Assembly (NCBI GenBank): GCA_964370335.1
Contig: CAYJIW010000001.1
Location: 121-64,120, forward strand
Length of the DNA stretch: 64,000 nt
DNA from: an uncultured Deferribacteraceae bacterium
Lineage (GTDB): Bacteria; Chrysiogenota; Deferribacteres; Deferribacterales; Mucispirillaceae
Direction of reading: 5' to 3'
Within the stretch, counting starts at the first letter, position 1. Each line of letters begins with the position of its first letter. The notes beneath the pieces were generated by a model. It saw nothing but the letters and a program-made list of their open reading frames with translations. It did no database searches and was not told the DNA's origin. Positions 22,265 through 32,100 of this stretch are shown piece by piece. A program made the translations under genes and the position numbers.

Positions 22265-22553
22265 CATAGATATCACAAGCGAAGATTTGATTATTGTAAA
22301 AGAGTTACTAAAGAAGTTTATCCCAAATATTGTTGTGTGGGCGTATGGTTCTCGTGTAAAAATGACTGCGAGAGCAACGTCTGATTTAGACTTAGTAGCA
22401 TTTGCAAATAAAGATGAAACGCTAACAATTTCAGATTTAAGAGATGCTTTTGATGAAAGCAATTTACCATTTGAAGTTGATATTTTAATATGGGAAGATA
22501 TACCCGACGACTTCAAACAAAATATAAAAGAAAAGTATGTAGTGTTGCAGTAA
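22251..22553 (+). CDS. minimal nucleotidyltransferase (MNT; HI0073-like; type VII antitoxin MntA-like)
   Basis: Polymerase-beta-type motif YGSRVKMTARATSDLDLVAF. The GTG start overlaps the HEPN gene by 14 nt. Confidence 0.82.
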   Translation: MTLSNIDITSEDLIIVKELLKKFIPNIVVWAYGSRVKMTARATSDLDLVAFANKDETLTISDLRDAFDESNLPFEVDILIWEDIPDDFKQNIKEKYVVLQ

Positions 22554-22614
22554 TCACAGTTGTACGATCTAGATAAAAAACGGGAGCTGATTTGCCCCCT
22601 TATAATATTCTAAC

Positions 22615-22845
22615 TTACTTAGCAGATGGGCAACCAGCACATGCAGGTGAGGCATTATTACAAGCACCTTTATAATCTGTATTATGAAATCCACTACCAG
22701 ATAAATGATAAGCAGTTGCAGAGATTTTGCGACTAGCAGTTTTTCCGCATTTTTCGCACTCAGTATCTCTATTTTCATTATTTATACTTTCTAGTTTTTC
22801 TGTAACTGTACCACAAGAGCTACATAAATATTCGTAAATCGGCAT
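22615..22845 (-). CDS. FmdB-family zinc-ribbon protein
   Basis: MPIYEYLCSSCG...CEKCG (two CxxC pairs) with a Cys-rich C-terminal tail. Confidence 0.8.
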   Translation of the reverse strand: MPIYEYLCSSCGTVTEKLESINNENRDTECEKCGKTASRKISATAYHLSGSGFHNTDYKGACNNASPACAGCPSAK

Positions 22846-23116
22846 AATATTCCTCTCTAAATTATATCAAATTAATATACATCAATGATAAATTTTATCA
22901 AGTATAAAATTACAAACAATGTTATTTTAAAATAATCAATAATATCAAATATTTATAAATATACAGTTATAGTGAGATAAGATTTTAGTTGACAATACAA
23001 GTTATAAATGCTCTTTTATAAGTTTAAAGCACTGATATTGTGCAAAAATTAGTATTTAAAGATGACCTTTTACCGCATTTATTTATCTACTAAATAATTT
23101 ACTTTCGGAGGTAAAA

Positions 23117-24385
23117 ATGAAAGACAAGAACATGGAAACATTGTTGGTACATGGAACATATGTACCAGACGCTACGGGAGCAACTAACCCACCAATCTAC
23201 ATGTCAAATGCATACGAGTTTGAAAGTGCTCAGCATGCTGCTGATTTATTTAGCTTAAAAGCAGGTGGTTATATTTATTCAAGGTTGCACAACCCAACAA
23301 CAACAGTATTTGAAGAAACTATTGCAGCTATGGACGAGGGTACAGCAGCAGTTGCTACATCGTCGGGGCATTTTGCAGTATTTATGACAATATTAACATT
23401 AGCGCAGATAGGTGACGAGTTTATCGCATCTAATAAATTATACGGTGGTACGTTAAACTTATTTAAGCATACGTTTAAGCGTTTTGGTATAACTGTTAAG
23501 TTTGCCGACCAAGATAACGTATCGACTTTTGAGGATTTAGTTACAGATAAGACTAAAGCAATTTTTATTGAGTCTATAACTAACCCTAGTGCAGATATTG
23601 CAGATTTCGAGGCTATTTCTGCCATTGCAAAGCGTCACAAGATACCATTAATTGTGGATAATACTTGTGCGACTCCATACTTGTTTAAGCCAAAGCATTT
23701 TGGTGCAGATGTAGTTATTTACTCATCGACAAAATATTTAGGTGGGCATGGCGTTGCGTTAGGTGGCGTCGTTGTTGATTTAGGTACATTTGATTGGGCA
23801 TCTGGAAGGTTCCCAGATTTTACTACACCAGACCCAAGCTATCATGGTATTGTTGCTGCTGAGGCGTTTGGTAACATGGCGTTAGCGATAAAGATGAGGG
23901 TAAACTCTATGAGAGATTTAGGCGGTACGCCTAGCCCTTACAACTCATCTATGTTTATACATGGCATGCAGACACTACATGTAAGAATGGATCGTCACGT
24001 GCAAAACACGTATGAGCTTGCAAAGTTTTTAGAAAACCATGATAAAGTTGCATGGGTAAAATATTCTGGGCTTGAGAGTAGCGAATATAATCCGCTTATT
24101 AAAAAGTATTTCCCTAAAGGTGCTGGAGCGTTATTAAGCTTTGGCGTTAAGGGTGGCTTAGAAGCAGGTAGAAAGTTTATAGAAAATGTTGAAGTTTCTA
24201 TACATGCTGCTAACTTAGGCGATGCAAAGACGATAGTTACTCACCCAGCAAGCACGACACATAGCCAGCTTACTAAAGAGGCGCTTGACCAATCTGGCAT
24301 TACTCAAGATATGATAAGGGTTGCTGTTGGTATAGAGTCTATCGAGGACTTGAAAGCAGATTTTGATAAGGCGTTAAACGCATAA
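23117..24385 (+). CDS. metY: O-acetylhomoserine sulfhydrylase (PLP-dependent)
   Basis: PLP-lysine context YSSTKYLGGHG, the overall Cys/Met-metabolism PLP family pattern, and the adjacent metX. Confidence 0.9.
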   Translation: MKDKNMETLLVHGTYVPDATGATNPPIYMSNAYEFESAQHAADLFSLKAGGYIYSRLHNPTTTVFEETIAAMDEGTAAVATSSGHFAVFMTILTLAQIGDEFIASNKLYGGTLNLFKHTFKRFGITVKFADQDNVSTFEDLVTDKTKAIFIESITNPSADIADFEAISAIAKRHKIPLIVDNTCATPYLFKPKHFGADVVIYSSTKYLGGHGVALGGVVVDLGTFDWASGRFPDFTTPDPSYHGIVAAEAFGNMALAIKMRVNSMRDLGGTPSPYNSSMFIHGMQTLHVRMDRHVQNTYELAKFLENHDKVAWVKYSGLESSEYNPLIKKYFPKGAGALLSFGVKGGLEAGRKFIENVEVSIHAANLGDAKTIVTHPASTTHSQLTKEALDQSGITQDMIRVAVGIESIEDLKADFDKALNA

Positions 24386-24398
24386 AATTGGTGGTTAG

Positions 24399-25523
24399 TT
24401 GATGCAAGAAAACTCTGTAGGTATTGTTAGAACACAAACATTTACATTTAATGATGAATTTTATTTGGAAAGCGGTCGTATGCTATCGCCTATTACTGTT
24501 GCGTATGAAACATATGGCACGCTTAACGAAGATAAAAGTAATGTAATATTAGTGTGCCATGCGCTTACAGGTTCTGCCCATGCTGCTGGTTACAACTCGC
24601 CAGATGATGCATCTGCAGGCTGGTGGGATGATATGATTGGCAAGGGCAAGGGCATCGACACCGACAAATATTTCGTTGTCTGTAGCAACATCTTAGGAAG
24701 TTGCTATGGAACAACTGGGCCGACAACGGTCGATAAATATACAGGCGTTCCGTACGGTATAAAATTCCCTGTTGTTACGATAAAAGATATGGTAAAGCTA
24801 CAAAAGAAACTGTTAGCTAGGTTAGGCATTGATAAGGTATTATCGGTAATAGGTGGCTCACTTGGTGGTATGCAGGCTTTAGAATGGGGCATAACATATC
24901 CAGACTGCGTTAATTCGTTAGTTGTAATATCGGCAGCAGGGCGTATAACACCAATGTCTATGGCATTTAATACTATAGCACGTTTCGCAATAAAGAAAGA
25001 TCCAAACTGGAACAATGGAAACTATTATGGCAAAGATTTGCCACGTGACGGATTAGCTATCGGACGTATGGCTGGGCATATCACATATTTGTCTGATATG
25101 GCGTTCCATAAGAAATTTGGCAGACGCTTAGGCTCGCAAGAAAGTATTTATGACTTTTCAAGTGTTTATGAAGTTGAAAACTATTTGCGTTATAATGGTT
25201 ATAAATTTACAGAACGCTTTGACGCAAACAGCTATCTGTATATGTTGAAAGCAATGGATATTTTCGACTTGTCATATGGTTATGGCTCTTACGATGAGGC
25301 TTTAAGTAGGATAAAAGCAAAAACATTGTTTATAGATTATACGTCTGATTTTTTATTTCCACCATATCAAACTGATGAAATGGTTGAAAGCATGACAAAA
25401 AGTGGCAACAAGCCTGAACGAGTAACTATCGAATCAGAATATGGACACGACTCGTTTTTAATAGATTATGGCGAGCAACCAAGCGTTGTAGCATCGTTTT
25501 TGAACAAAGTAGAGGTTAAGTAA
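24399..25523 (+). CDS. metX: homoserine O-acetyltransferase
   Basis: Alpha/beta-hydrolase nucleophile elbow GGSLGGMQALEW, VCHALTGSAH, and C-terminal GHDSFL. Confidence 0.92.
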   Translation: MMQENSVGIVRTQTFTFNDEFYLESGRMLSPITVAYETYGTLNEDKSNVILVCHALTGSAHAAGYNSPDDASAGWWDDMIGKGKGIDTDKYFVVCSNILGSCYGTTGPTTVDKYTGVPYGIKFPVVTIKDMVKLQKKLLARLGIDKVLSVIGGSLGGMQALEWGITYPDCVNSLVVISAAGRITPMSMAFNTIARFAIKKDPNWNNGNYYGKDLPRDGLAIGRMAGHITYLSDMAFHKKFGRRLGSQESIYDFSSVYEVENYLRYNGYKFTERFDANSYLYMLKAMDIFDLSYGYGSYDEALSRIKAKTLFIDYTSDFLFPPYQTDEMVESMTKSGNKPERVTIESEYGHDSFLIDYGEQPSVVASFLNKVEVK

Positions 25524-25924
25524 TGGATTATGTAGTCGAGTTATCAAAAAAATATGGTAATAATTGTGTAGTTGTTAGCGATACATTGCGTAACTGTTCT
25601 GATGTAAAGAAGTTGCTAACAGATACTAAAAGCAAGTTACAAAACGATGGCTATATTATTTTAACTGATATTGTAACAGATGTAGAAGATGCCTATTTGA
25701 ATAGTTTCGCATTTTTACAAGATAATAATCATGTACGCTATTACACAGTGAAAGAAATTATATCTATTGCTAACGAGTGCGACTTATATTTGCAACATTA
25801 TGAGCAGGTTGAAGAAACATCAATATATAGTGGCGAAAGCTATAATTCATTTATAGAAACACTACCGGAAAGGATTGTGATAAATCACTTGAAACGTGGA
25901 GTATTTGTATTACAAAGTAGGTAA
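25523..25924 (+). CDS. hypothetical protein resembling only the C-terminal half of a class I SAM methyltransferase
   Basis: LQNDGYIILTDIV resembles post-motif-II segments of class I methyltransferases. No GxGxG SAM-binding motif is present. The ATG overlaps the metX TAA (TAATG), which is the MetW slot. Confidence 0.5.
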   Translation: MDYVVELSKKYGNNCVVVSDTLRNCSDVKKLLTDTKSKLQNDGYIILTDIVTDVEDAYLNSFAFLQDNNHVRYYTVKEIISIANECDLYLQHYEQVEETSIYSGESYNSFIETLPERIVINHLKRGVFVLQSR

Positions 25925-26010
25925 TTTCTTTTTCTTATTAAGAATATTTATTTTCGCAATTATAATGTTGCGGTAAAGCCAGAAAACAAGTCTAGAAAAC
26001 TCAATAACAT

Positions 26011-26406
26011 TTAAGCAGATGTATGCATACAAATTGCATTCGGAACAATTTGGAAAACATATATTCTATCTGCAAGGCTTTGATAAAAGTCCATAATAAA
26101 AGGGAAAGCCACTATAAAGGCAATATTAATAAGAATACATAGTATGCCAAAACTCACTTGTACTTTACGTCCGAAACTCGTTCGTGATTTACCTCGTATG
26201 AAATATATTTCTAGTCCAATACCAATCAAACATAGAATAGTATTACTAGTATAAGTGTAACCAATTTCTTCAGGAATTATTTTGTTCATAGTCATTGGTA
26301 TGATATATGTCATCACTAGCCGAAACCATGTTCGTTCATGAAATTTAGAGTTTGCATATATTTCCGCACGCTGCTCACTTGTTATTTTCTTTTTCTTATT
26401 ATCCAT
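26011..26406 (-). CDS. small hypothetical membrane protein (about 3 TM)
   Basis: Hydrophobic segments LVMTYIIPM, ILCLIGIGLEIYF and FGILCILINIAFIVAFPFI. I prefer the start MDNKKKK at 26406 over the track start at 26490. No recognisable family. Confidence 0.5.
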   Translation of the reverse strand: MDNKKKKITSEQRAEIYANSKFHERTWFRLVMTYIIPMTMNKIIPEEIGYTYTSNTILCLIGIGLEIYFIRGKSRTSFGRKVQVSFGILCILINIAFIVAFPFIMDFYQSLADRIYVFQIVPNAICMHTSA

Positions 26407-26832
26407 AATATTTATAATATGGCATAGCAGTGTGTAAGTCAACATTTCTATAATCAACACAACTAGCCGAAAATTGCAAACAATCATCATGTTATTGTAA
26501 AAAGATAAATCATTTTTTCACACAAATAATATTGACTATTTCATATATAGTACATATATTATATATTACCAGCTAAGTTCTTTTTAGCAAATTTGATACA
26601 ATACACCATAAAAAAATATAGCACCAATTATTAAAGTAAATTATGATAAATATCAGTAATATTTGAAGAAATTCACATTGATAATAACGCATTTATAGGT
26701 AATACAAAGAAAAATAGTAATAGTTATTATTTTTATATTGCATTTTTAAAATAATTAGTATATGTTGTCATTATACAAAGAATAGTTCAAGAATTTTTAG
26801 TAACTAAAAGACAAATTTATAAGGAGAACTTT

Positions 26833-28269
26833 ATGTCTAAGAAAAAGCTAACTACAGCAAACGGAGCTCCCGTTTCTAACAATCAAGACGCTTTAACCGC
26901 AGGTAAGCGTGGTCCTATGTTATTGCAAGATGTGTGGTTTATTGAAAAGCTAGCACATTTTGACAGAGAGGTTATACCTGAGCGTCGTATGCATGCAAAA
27001 GGTTCTGGTGCGTTTGGTACATTTACTGTTACACATGACATTACAAAATATACTAAAGCTAATATTTTTAGTAAAGTTGGCAAAACAACAGATATGTTTG
27101 TTAGGTTCTCTACAGTTGCAGGCGAACGTGGTGCAGCAGATGCAGAGCGTGATATTCGTGGATTTGCAATGAAATTTTATACAGATGAAGGCAACTGGGA
27201 TTTAGTTGGTAACAATACGCCAGTATTCTTTTTCCGTGATCCATTAAAATTCCCTGATTTAAACCATGCAGTTAAGCGTGACCCAAAAACTAACATGCGT
27301 TCAGCGTTAAATAACTGGGATTTCTGGACAAGCTTGCCAGAGGCACTACACCAAATTACTATTACTATGAGTGATAGAGGTATCCCTGCTAGTTATCGCC
27401 ATATGGATGGTTTTGGTAGCCACACATATAGCTTTATTAACGCTAAAAACGAGCGTTATTGGGTAAAATTCCACTTTAAAACACAACAAGGTATCAAAAA
27501 CTTAACTGATGCAGAAGCAGAAGCAATCATTGGTAAAGATAGAGAAAGCCATCAACGTGACTTATTTGATAGTATTGAAAAAGGCGACTTTCCAAAATGG
27601 ACATTGTTTGTACAAATCATGCCTGAAAAAGATGCAGATAAATACAACTTCCACCCATTTGATTTAACAAAAGTATGGCTAAAGGCTGATTACCCATTAA
27701 TAGAGGTTGGTTATTTTGAACTGAACAAAAACCCAGAAAACTACTTTGCAGATGTTGAGCAAGCAGCGTTCAACCCTACAAATATCGTTCCGGGAATTGG
27801 TTTTTCGCCAGATAGAATGTTACAAGGACGTTTATTCTCTTACGGCGATACACAACGCTACAGATTAGGTGTAAATCATAACTTAATACCTGTAAACAAA
27901 CCACGTTGCCCATTTAACTCGTTCCATAAAGATGGATTAATGCGTGTAGATGATAATGGTGGAGGACGTCCGCACTACGAGCCTAACATGTTTGGCGAAT
28001 GGCAAGAAGATAAAGCCCATGAAGAACCGCCATTAAAACTTGAAGGCGACGCTATGAGATACGACTATAGAGAAGATGATAACGATTACTACACACAGCC
28101 AAGAATGTTGTTTGAAATAATGACTGCTGAACAAAAGCAAGTGTTATTTGATAACACAGCACGTGCAATGGGCGATGCTCCAGACGTGATAAAACAAAGG
28201 CATATTGATAACTGTATGAAGGCGCATAAGGATTATGGCGAAGGTGTTAAAAAAGCACTTAAGTTATAA
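26833..28269 (+). CDS. katA: monofunctional heme catalase (small-subunit type)
   Basis: [22 protein letters not shown] (distal His), [14 protein letters not shown] (proximal Tyr region), 478 aa, strong AAGGAG SD. Confidence 0.97.
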   Translation: MSKKKLTTANGAPVSNNQDALTAGKRGPMLLQDVWFIEKLAHFDREVIPERRMHAKGSGAFGTFTVTHDITKYTKANIFSKVGKTTDMFVRFSTVAGERGAADAERDIRGFAMKFYTDEGNWDLVGNNTPVFFFRDPLKFPDLNHAVKRDPKTNMRSALNNWDFWTSLPEALHQITITMSDRGIPASYRHMDGFGSHTYSFINAKNERYWVKFHFKTQQGIKNLTDAEAEAIIGKDRESHQRDLFDSIEKGDFPKWTLFVQIMPEKDADKYNFHPFDLTKVWLKADYPLIEVGYFELNKNPENYFADVEQAAFNPTNIVPGIGFSPDRMLQGRLFSYGDTQRYRLGVNHNLIPVNKPRCPFNSFHKDGLMRVDDNGGGRPHYEPNMFGEWQEDKAHEEPPLKLEGDAMRYDYREDDNDYYTQPRMLFEIMTAEQKQVLFDNTARAMGDAPDVIKQRHIDNCMKAHKDYGEGVKKALKL

Positions 28270-28278
28270 TTCTTTTCT

Positions 28279-28500
28279 CACTATGCGTTGTTGCTCCTCA
28301 AAAAGCCTCAATCATGTACGTTTAATGTACACTCATTCGGCTTTTTGAGGTGCGCCTAGCCTAGCAAGAAAATTTATTATAACAGCGAACCTTGTTTGCC
28401 TATAGCGGTGTTGTTTTGTTCGTAGTTCAGTCATGTACGTTTGATGTACACTCCTGTCGTCATTCAAAAAGGCGCCTAGTATCAGCACTATTTATAACAT
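28279..28500 (+). repeat. two tandem units of about 120 bp (a third degenerate unit starts near 28527)
   Basis: Shared core TCATGTACGTTT[A/G]ATGTACACTC at 28312-28334 and 28431-28453. GCGCCTAG lies 40-41 nt downstream of each core start. Unit starts are CTATGCGTT and CTATAGCGG, and unit ends are TAT(T)TATAACA. Unit 1 carries a perfect 12-bp inverted repeat, CCTCAAAAAGCC (28296-28307) with GGCTTTTTGAGG (28339-28350). Confidence 0.6.
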
Positions 28501-28580
28501 AAACGGAATTTATGTATATTTTATTCCTATGCGTTATGGGGTAAATAGAAAAATATAGAACTATATCATAAATTGTAACA

Positions 28581-28615
28581 GGGTAGTCGATTATTTCGGC
28601 TACCCTTATTTTTTT
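28581..28615 (+). terminator. hairpin plus T-tract (rho-independent terminator-like)
   Basis: GGGTAGTCGA-TTATT-TCGGCTACCC forms a 10-bp stem including one G-U pair, followed by TTATTTTTTT. Confidence 0.6.
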
Positions 28616-29121
28616 AAGCTTTTTTAGCATTCATAAACCGCTTATATCTATAATATATAACCTAGCTAAAGTAAAAACACATATCGAATTTTACGAAATG
28701 TGTTGACATATTTATAAAGAATAATATATCATAAAAGATAAAATAATTATAATACTAAAACAATATTATATAAATGGGATTGAATTATGGGTAAAATTAA
28801 TATATCTACAAATGCCTTGAAACCCATTATATAGGGCATACATAATCTCTCTGTAGATAATTCAATTTTTAATTCAACTTTAAAAAATTATTATTTTTAA
28901 TAGATTTAATACTTACTTAGTCTTATTAAAAATAACGCTAGTATATTTTATGAGTTTATTGCATATCAACAAGAAACAAACACATCGAATGTATTTTCAT
29001 CAATAGTTTTTGTTATAGCAATTACTTAATAATAGGTATCTATGGGTAAATATAGCCTTAATTACGTTTGTGCAAAATAATTATGTGCATAATTTAGGGC
29101 TAAAAATAAAGGGAGGAGTTT

Positions 29122-32100
29122 ATGAAGAAAATGCAAGATTTAACAAAATCTAAACTGACTCGTCGTACGTTTTTACAAGGCATGGCAGCTACGGGTGCAG
29201 CAGCAACGCTTGTTGGATGTAGTACAGACGATGGAGAACTTATTTTTTCAGAAGGTGCAGTGGGTACAGTAGTGCCTGAGGCTGAACCAGTTTATGAGCG
29301 TTTTTATGGCTCATCTGGACATAACTGTGGCGGTCGTTGCGTATCAGTTGCAGAGGTTTCTAATGGTAAAATTCATCGTATATTAACTGATGAAAGCAAG
29401 ACTGCATTTGATGGTACTTACCTAGATAAGAATAGTAGAAACTGGCCTCAAACAAGGATTTGTACAAAATGTCGCTCGTATAAATACCGTTTATATCATC
29501 CGGGTAGATTACTATACCCAATGAAGCAGACTAAAAAGCGTGGTGATCTAACAGGCTTTCAGCGTATTACTTGGGACCAAGCATACAAAGAAATTGCCAC
29601 AAAGCATAAGAATATTATTGATAAATATGGTGTTGATGGAGTTTATCAGATATACGCTTGTGGTTCAGTTTCAAGTCAGTTAAATGGTTCGCAATCTGGA
29701 GCAATAGGTAAAACAAATGGTTATGCTATCAAGCTTATGGATGGTGTTATAACACCGATGTTTGCATCATACTCTACTCATCAATATACATACTTTGGTC
29801 TTAATTTTACAGGTATGGATGGTGATGCACTTAACCCAAATGATTTAGCAAAAAATACTTCTACACTTGTACTTTGGGGTGATAATTCTGTAACTACAGC
29901 TAATCAAACAACACATTCTAGTGTTAAAATTGTTGAGGATATGAAAGCCCGTGATGTAAATAATAAAGTTGTGTATATTGGGCCTACATTCTCAGATACT
30001 GGCGTGACTTTGGCTGATGAATGGGTAGTATCTAAGCCATTTACAGATCCTGCATTGGTTGCAGGTATGGTATATCACATACTTGATAATACATTTGATT
30101 TGACAACTGGTGAGCCTAAAGCTAATCCTTGGTTAGATATTGATTATCTTGATACATTGGTTTATGGTTTTTTCGACTCTCCAGCTTATTCTATTACAGA
30201 AGCTGATGGCACTATTGGTTTAATAGATGTTGGTGATAGAAATATTGAAGCTGTTCCCGCTGGTCGCTCATATGCATCATGGATTTTAGGTAATAATGAA
30301 AACGCACAAGCATATAGCGAAACTACTACAAACTATACAGCAAAGCAATACGAAGCAGTAAGCACAGGCTTTAAGCGTTGGGCAACTTGTTCGTATGATA
30401 AAACTATGGGTGCGAATACTGTTTATAAAACTAAGCAAGATTTTACTGTACCTAAAACACCAGAGTGGGCATCAGAGATATCAGGTGTACCAGTTGATAC
30501 AATTAAAGAACTAGCTGAAATGTTTGTTAGAAACACACCAGTTTGTTCAAGATGGAGTGGTGGGCAGCAAAAACAAATGGATGGTATATCAAATCTGTTT
30601 GCGGTACAAGTTCTTCATATTATCACTAAAAATGTTGGACGTAATGGTACAGGCTATCAGTGGGTGCCATTTAAGGGTGCTATGTTAGAAAAGGCTGATT
30701 CATTAAGTAATGCGTATACTGTCACATTGCCATCAGGTATGGTTGAAGGCAAAAAAGCTATAGCTTCTTGTACAGCATGGCACACTGCAATAAAAATGGC
30801 ATTTGCAGATGAATTGAAAGAAGGTGGTTATTCTGCAGAACATATACCAAACTATGCAAAAGGTACAGAAACCACACCAAATGTATATTGGGATGATGGT
30901 GGCACTAAAGCATTTATTCAGTGGGAAAGAGATGCTGACGGCACAGTAAAAACATACACTGATATAGATGGTAATGAATTTTATGATTGGACTGGCAGGG
31001 CAACTAACACACCGGTATTTACGGGTATTCGTCTGTTATACAATGCAGGTGGTAATATTTTCATCAATCAACATGAAAATTCTAATGATTCTAGACAAAT
31101 GTTAGAGGCACTAAAGTTAAATGATTACAATAATCCAGATACGTTTTGCTTAGTATCTATTGATAACTTTATGTCACCAACACCTCGTTGGAGTGACTAT
31201 GTATTGCCTGCAACAACATTCTGGGAGCAAGATGATGTTATGTCACCGCAAAATAGCTCATCATTCTACATGCAAAAAGTTATCGACCCACCAGGAGAGG
31301 CTAAACCTGTATTTCATATCGGTGAGGAGTTATTGCAAACCTATGCGGATTTGACAGGTAGAAGCGATATCGCTGACTCATACTATAGTGTTGATAATGG
31401 TGGAACTCCTGCTAAAACTATAGAAGGAATAGTAAGAAGCCGTTTTGAAGAGAAAAAAGCAGCAGGTGCAGCTGTTTATAAAGACTTAACATGGGAAGAG
31501 TACAAGAAGAATCCTGTAATCTCATCTAAGCCAGATGACAGAACTATAGCAGCTCATAAGACAGCTGCAGTTATAAATGCTTATGAAGGTCTAACTGATA
31601 ATGAGCGTGCAAATAATCCGTTTATAAAAGAAGGGAATAATATTGCGACAAACGAAATTACGAGTGGCGGATATGGTAACGAATTTTGTAATACAGATAA
31701 TGCCCCAAACTCTGCTTGGCGATATCAAGCATATTCTCCTGTATTGACATGGCAATATGTAAATAAGTTTAGCAAATGGCATGGTTATCTTGAGCCTGAA
31801 CAACGTGGACAGCAACATAAAGATTTAGAAGGTGATAGATTTGTACTGGAGATACCAGTTTACTATGCGTACCAAGATACTTTTATGGAGGCATACGGAA
31901 GCGATATACCATCAGGGCAAAATGCAGTTAATGAACTAAGTTTCTTATTAACAACTACTCATAATAGGTATCGCTCACATTCATCGATGGCTGAAAATCC
32001 AATGTTGAGAGAGCTCTCTCACCGAGTTCCTGGTAGAGATGCTAAAGGAAATTATATACCAGCTAATGACTATGGTGATTATTCAAATGCACCAGATAAA

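Noticed and set aside
22846-23116. Possible SAM riboswitch in the 270-bp leader of metY-metX.
   Set aside because: I could not find the S-box (SAM-I) hallmarks, such as the GGAGGGA / GCAACC type segments, or any GC-rich helices. The region is almost pure AT. A covariance-model scan would be needed, so I make no call.
26677-26730. Possible PerR/Fur-type box upstream of katA: ATTGATAATAACGCATTTAT and the imperfect inverted repeat TAATAGTTATTA.
   Set aside because: There is only partial similarity to the 7-1-7 TTATAATnATTATAA-type boxes, and such AT-rich near-palindromes are abundant in this spacer. This is not supportable without comparative data.
28535-29050. Recurring TATGGG(G)TAAA (28535, 28786, 29041) and AACACAT(AT)CGAAT (28676, 28979) motifs in the molybdoenzyme upstream region. 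Two of the first set could start 11-15 codon mini-ORFs beginning MGK.
   Set aside because: These are short motifs in about 600 bp of AT-rich DNA, and one pair needs an indel. Chance recurrence is not negligible, there is no SD in front of the mini-ORFs, and no attenuator structure was recognisable.
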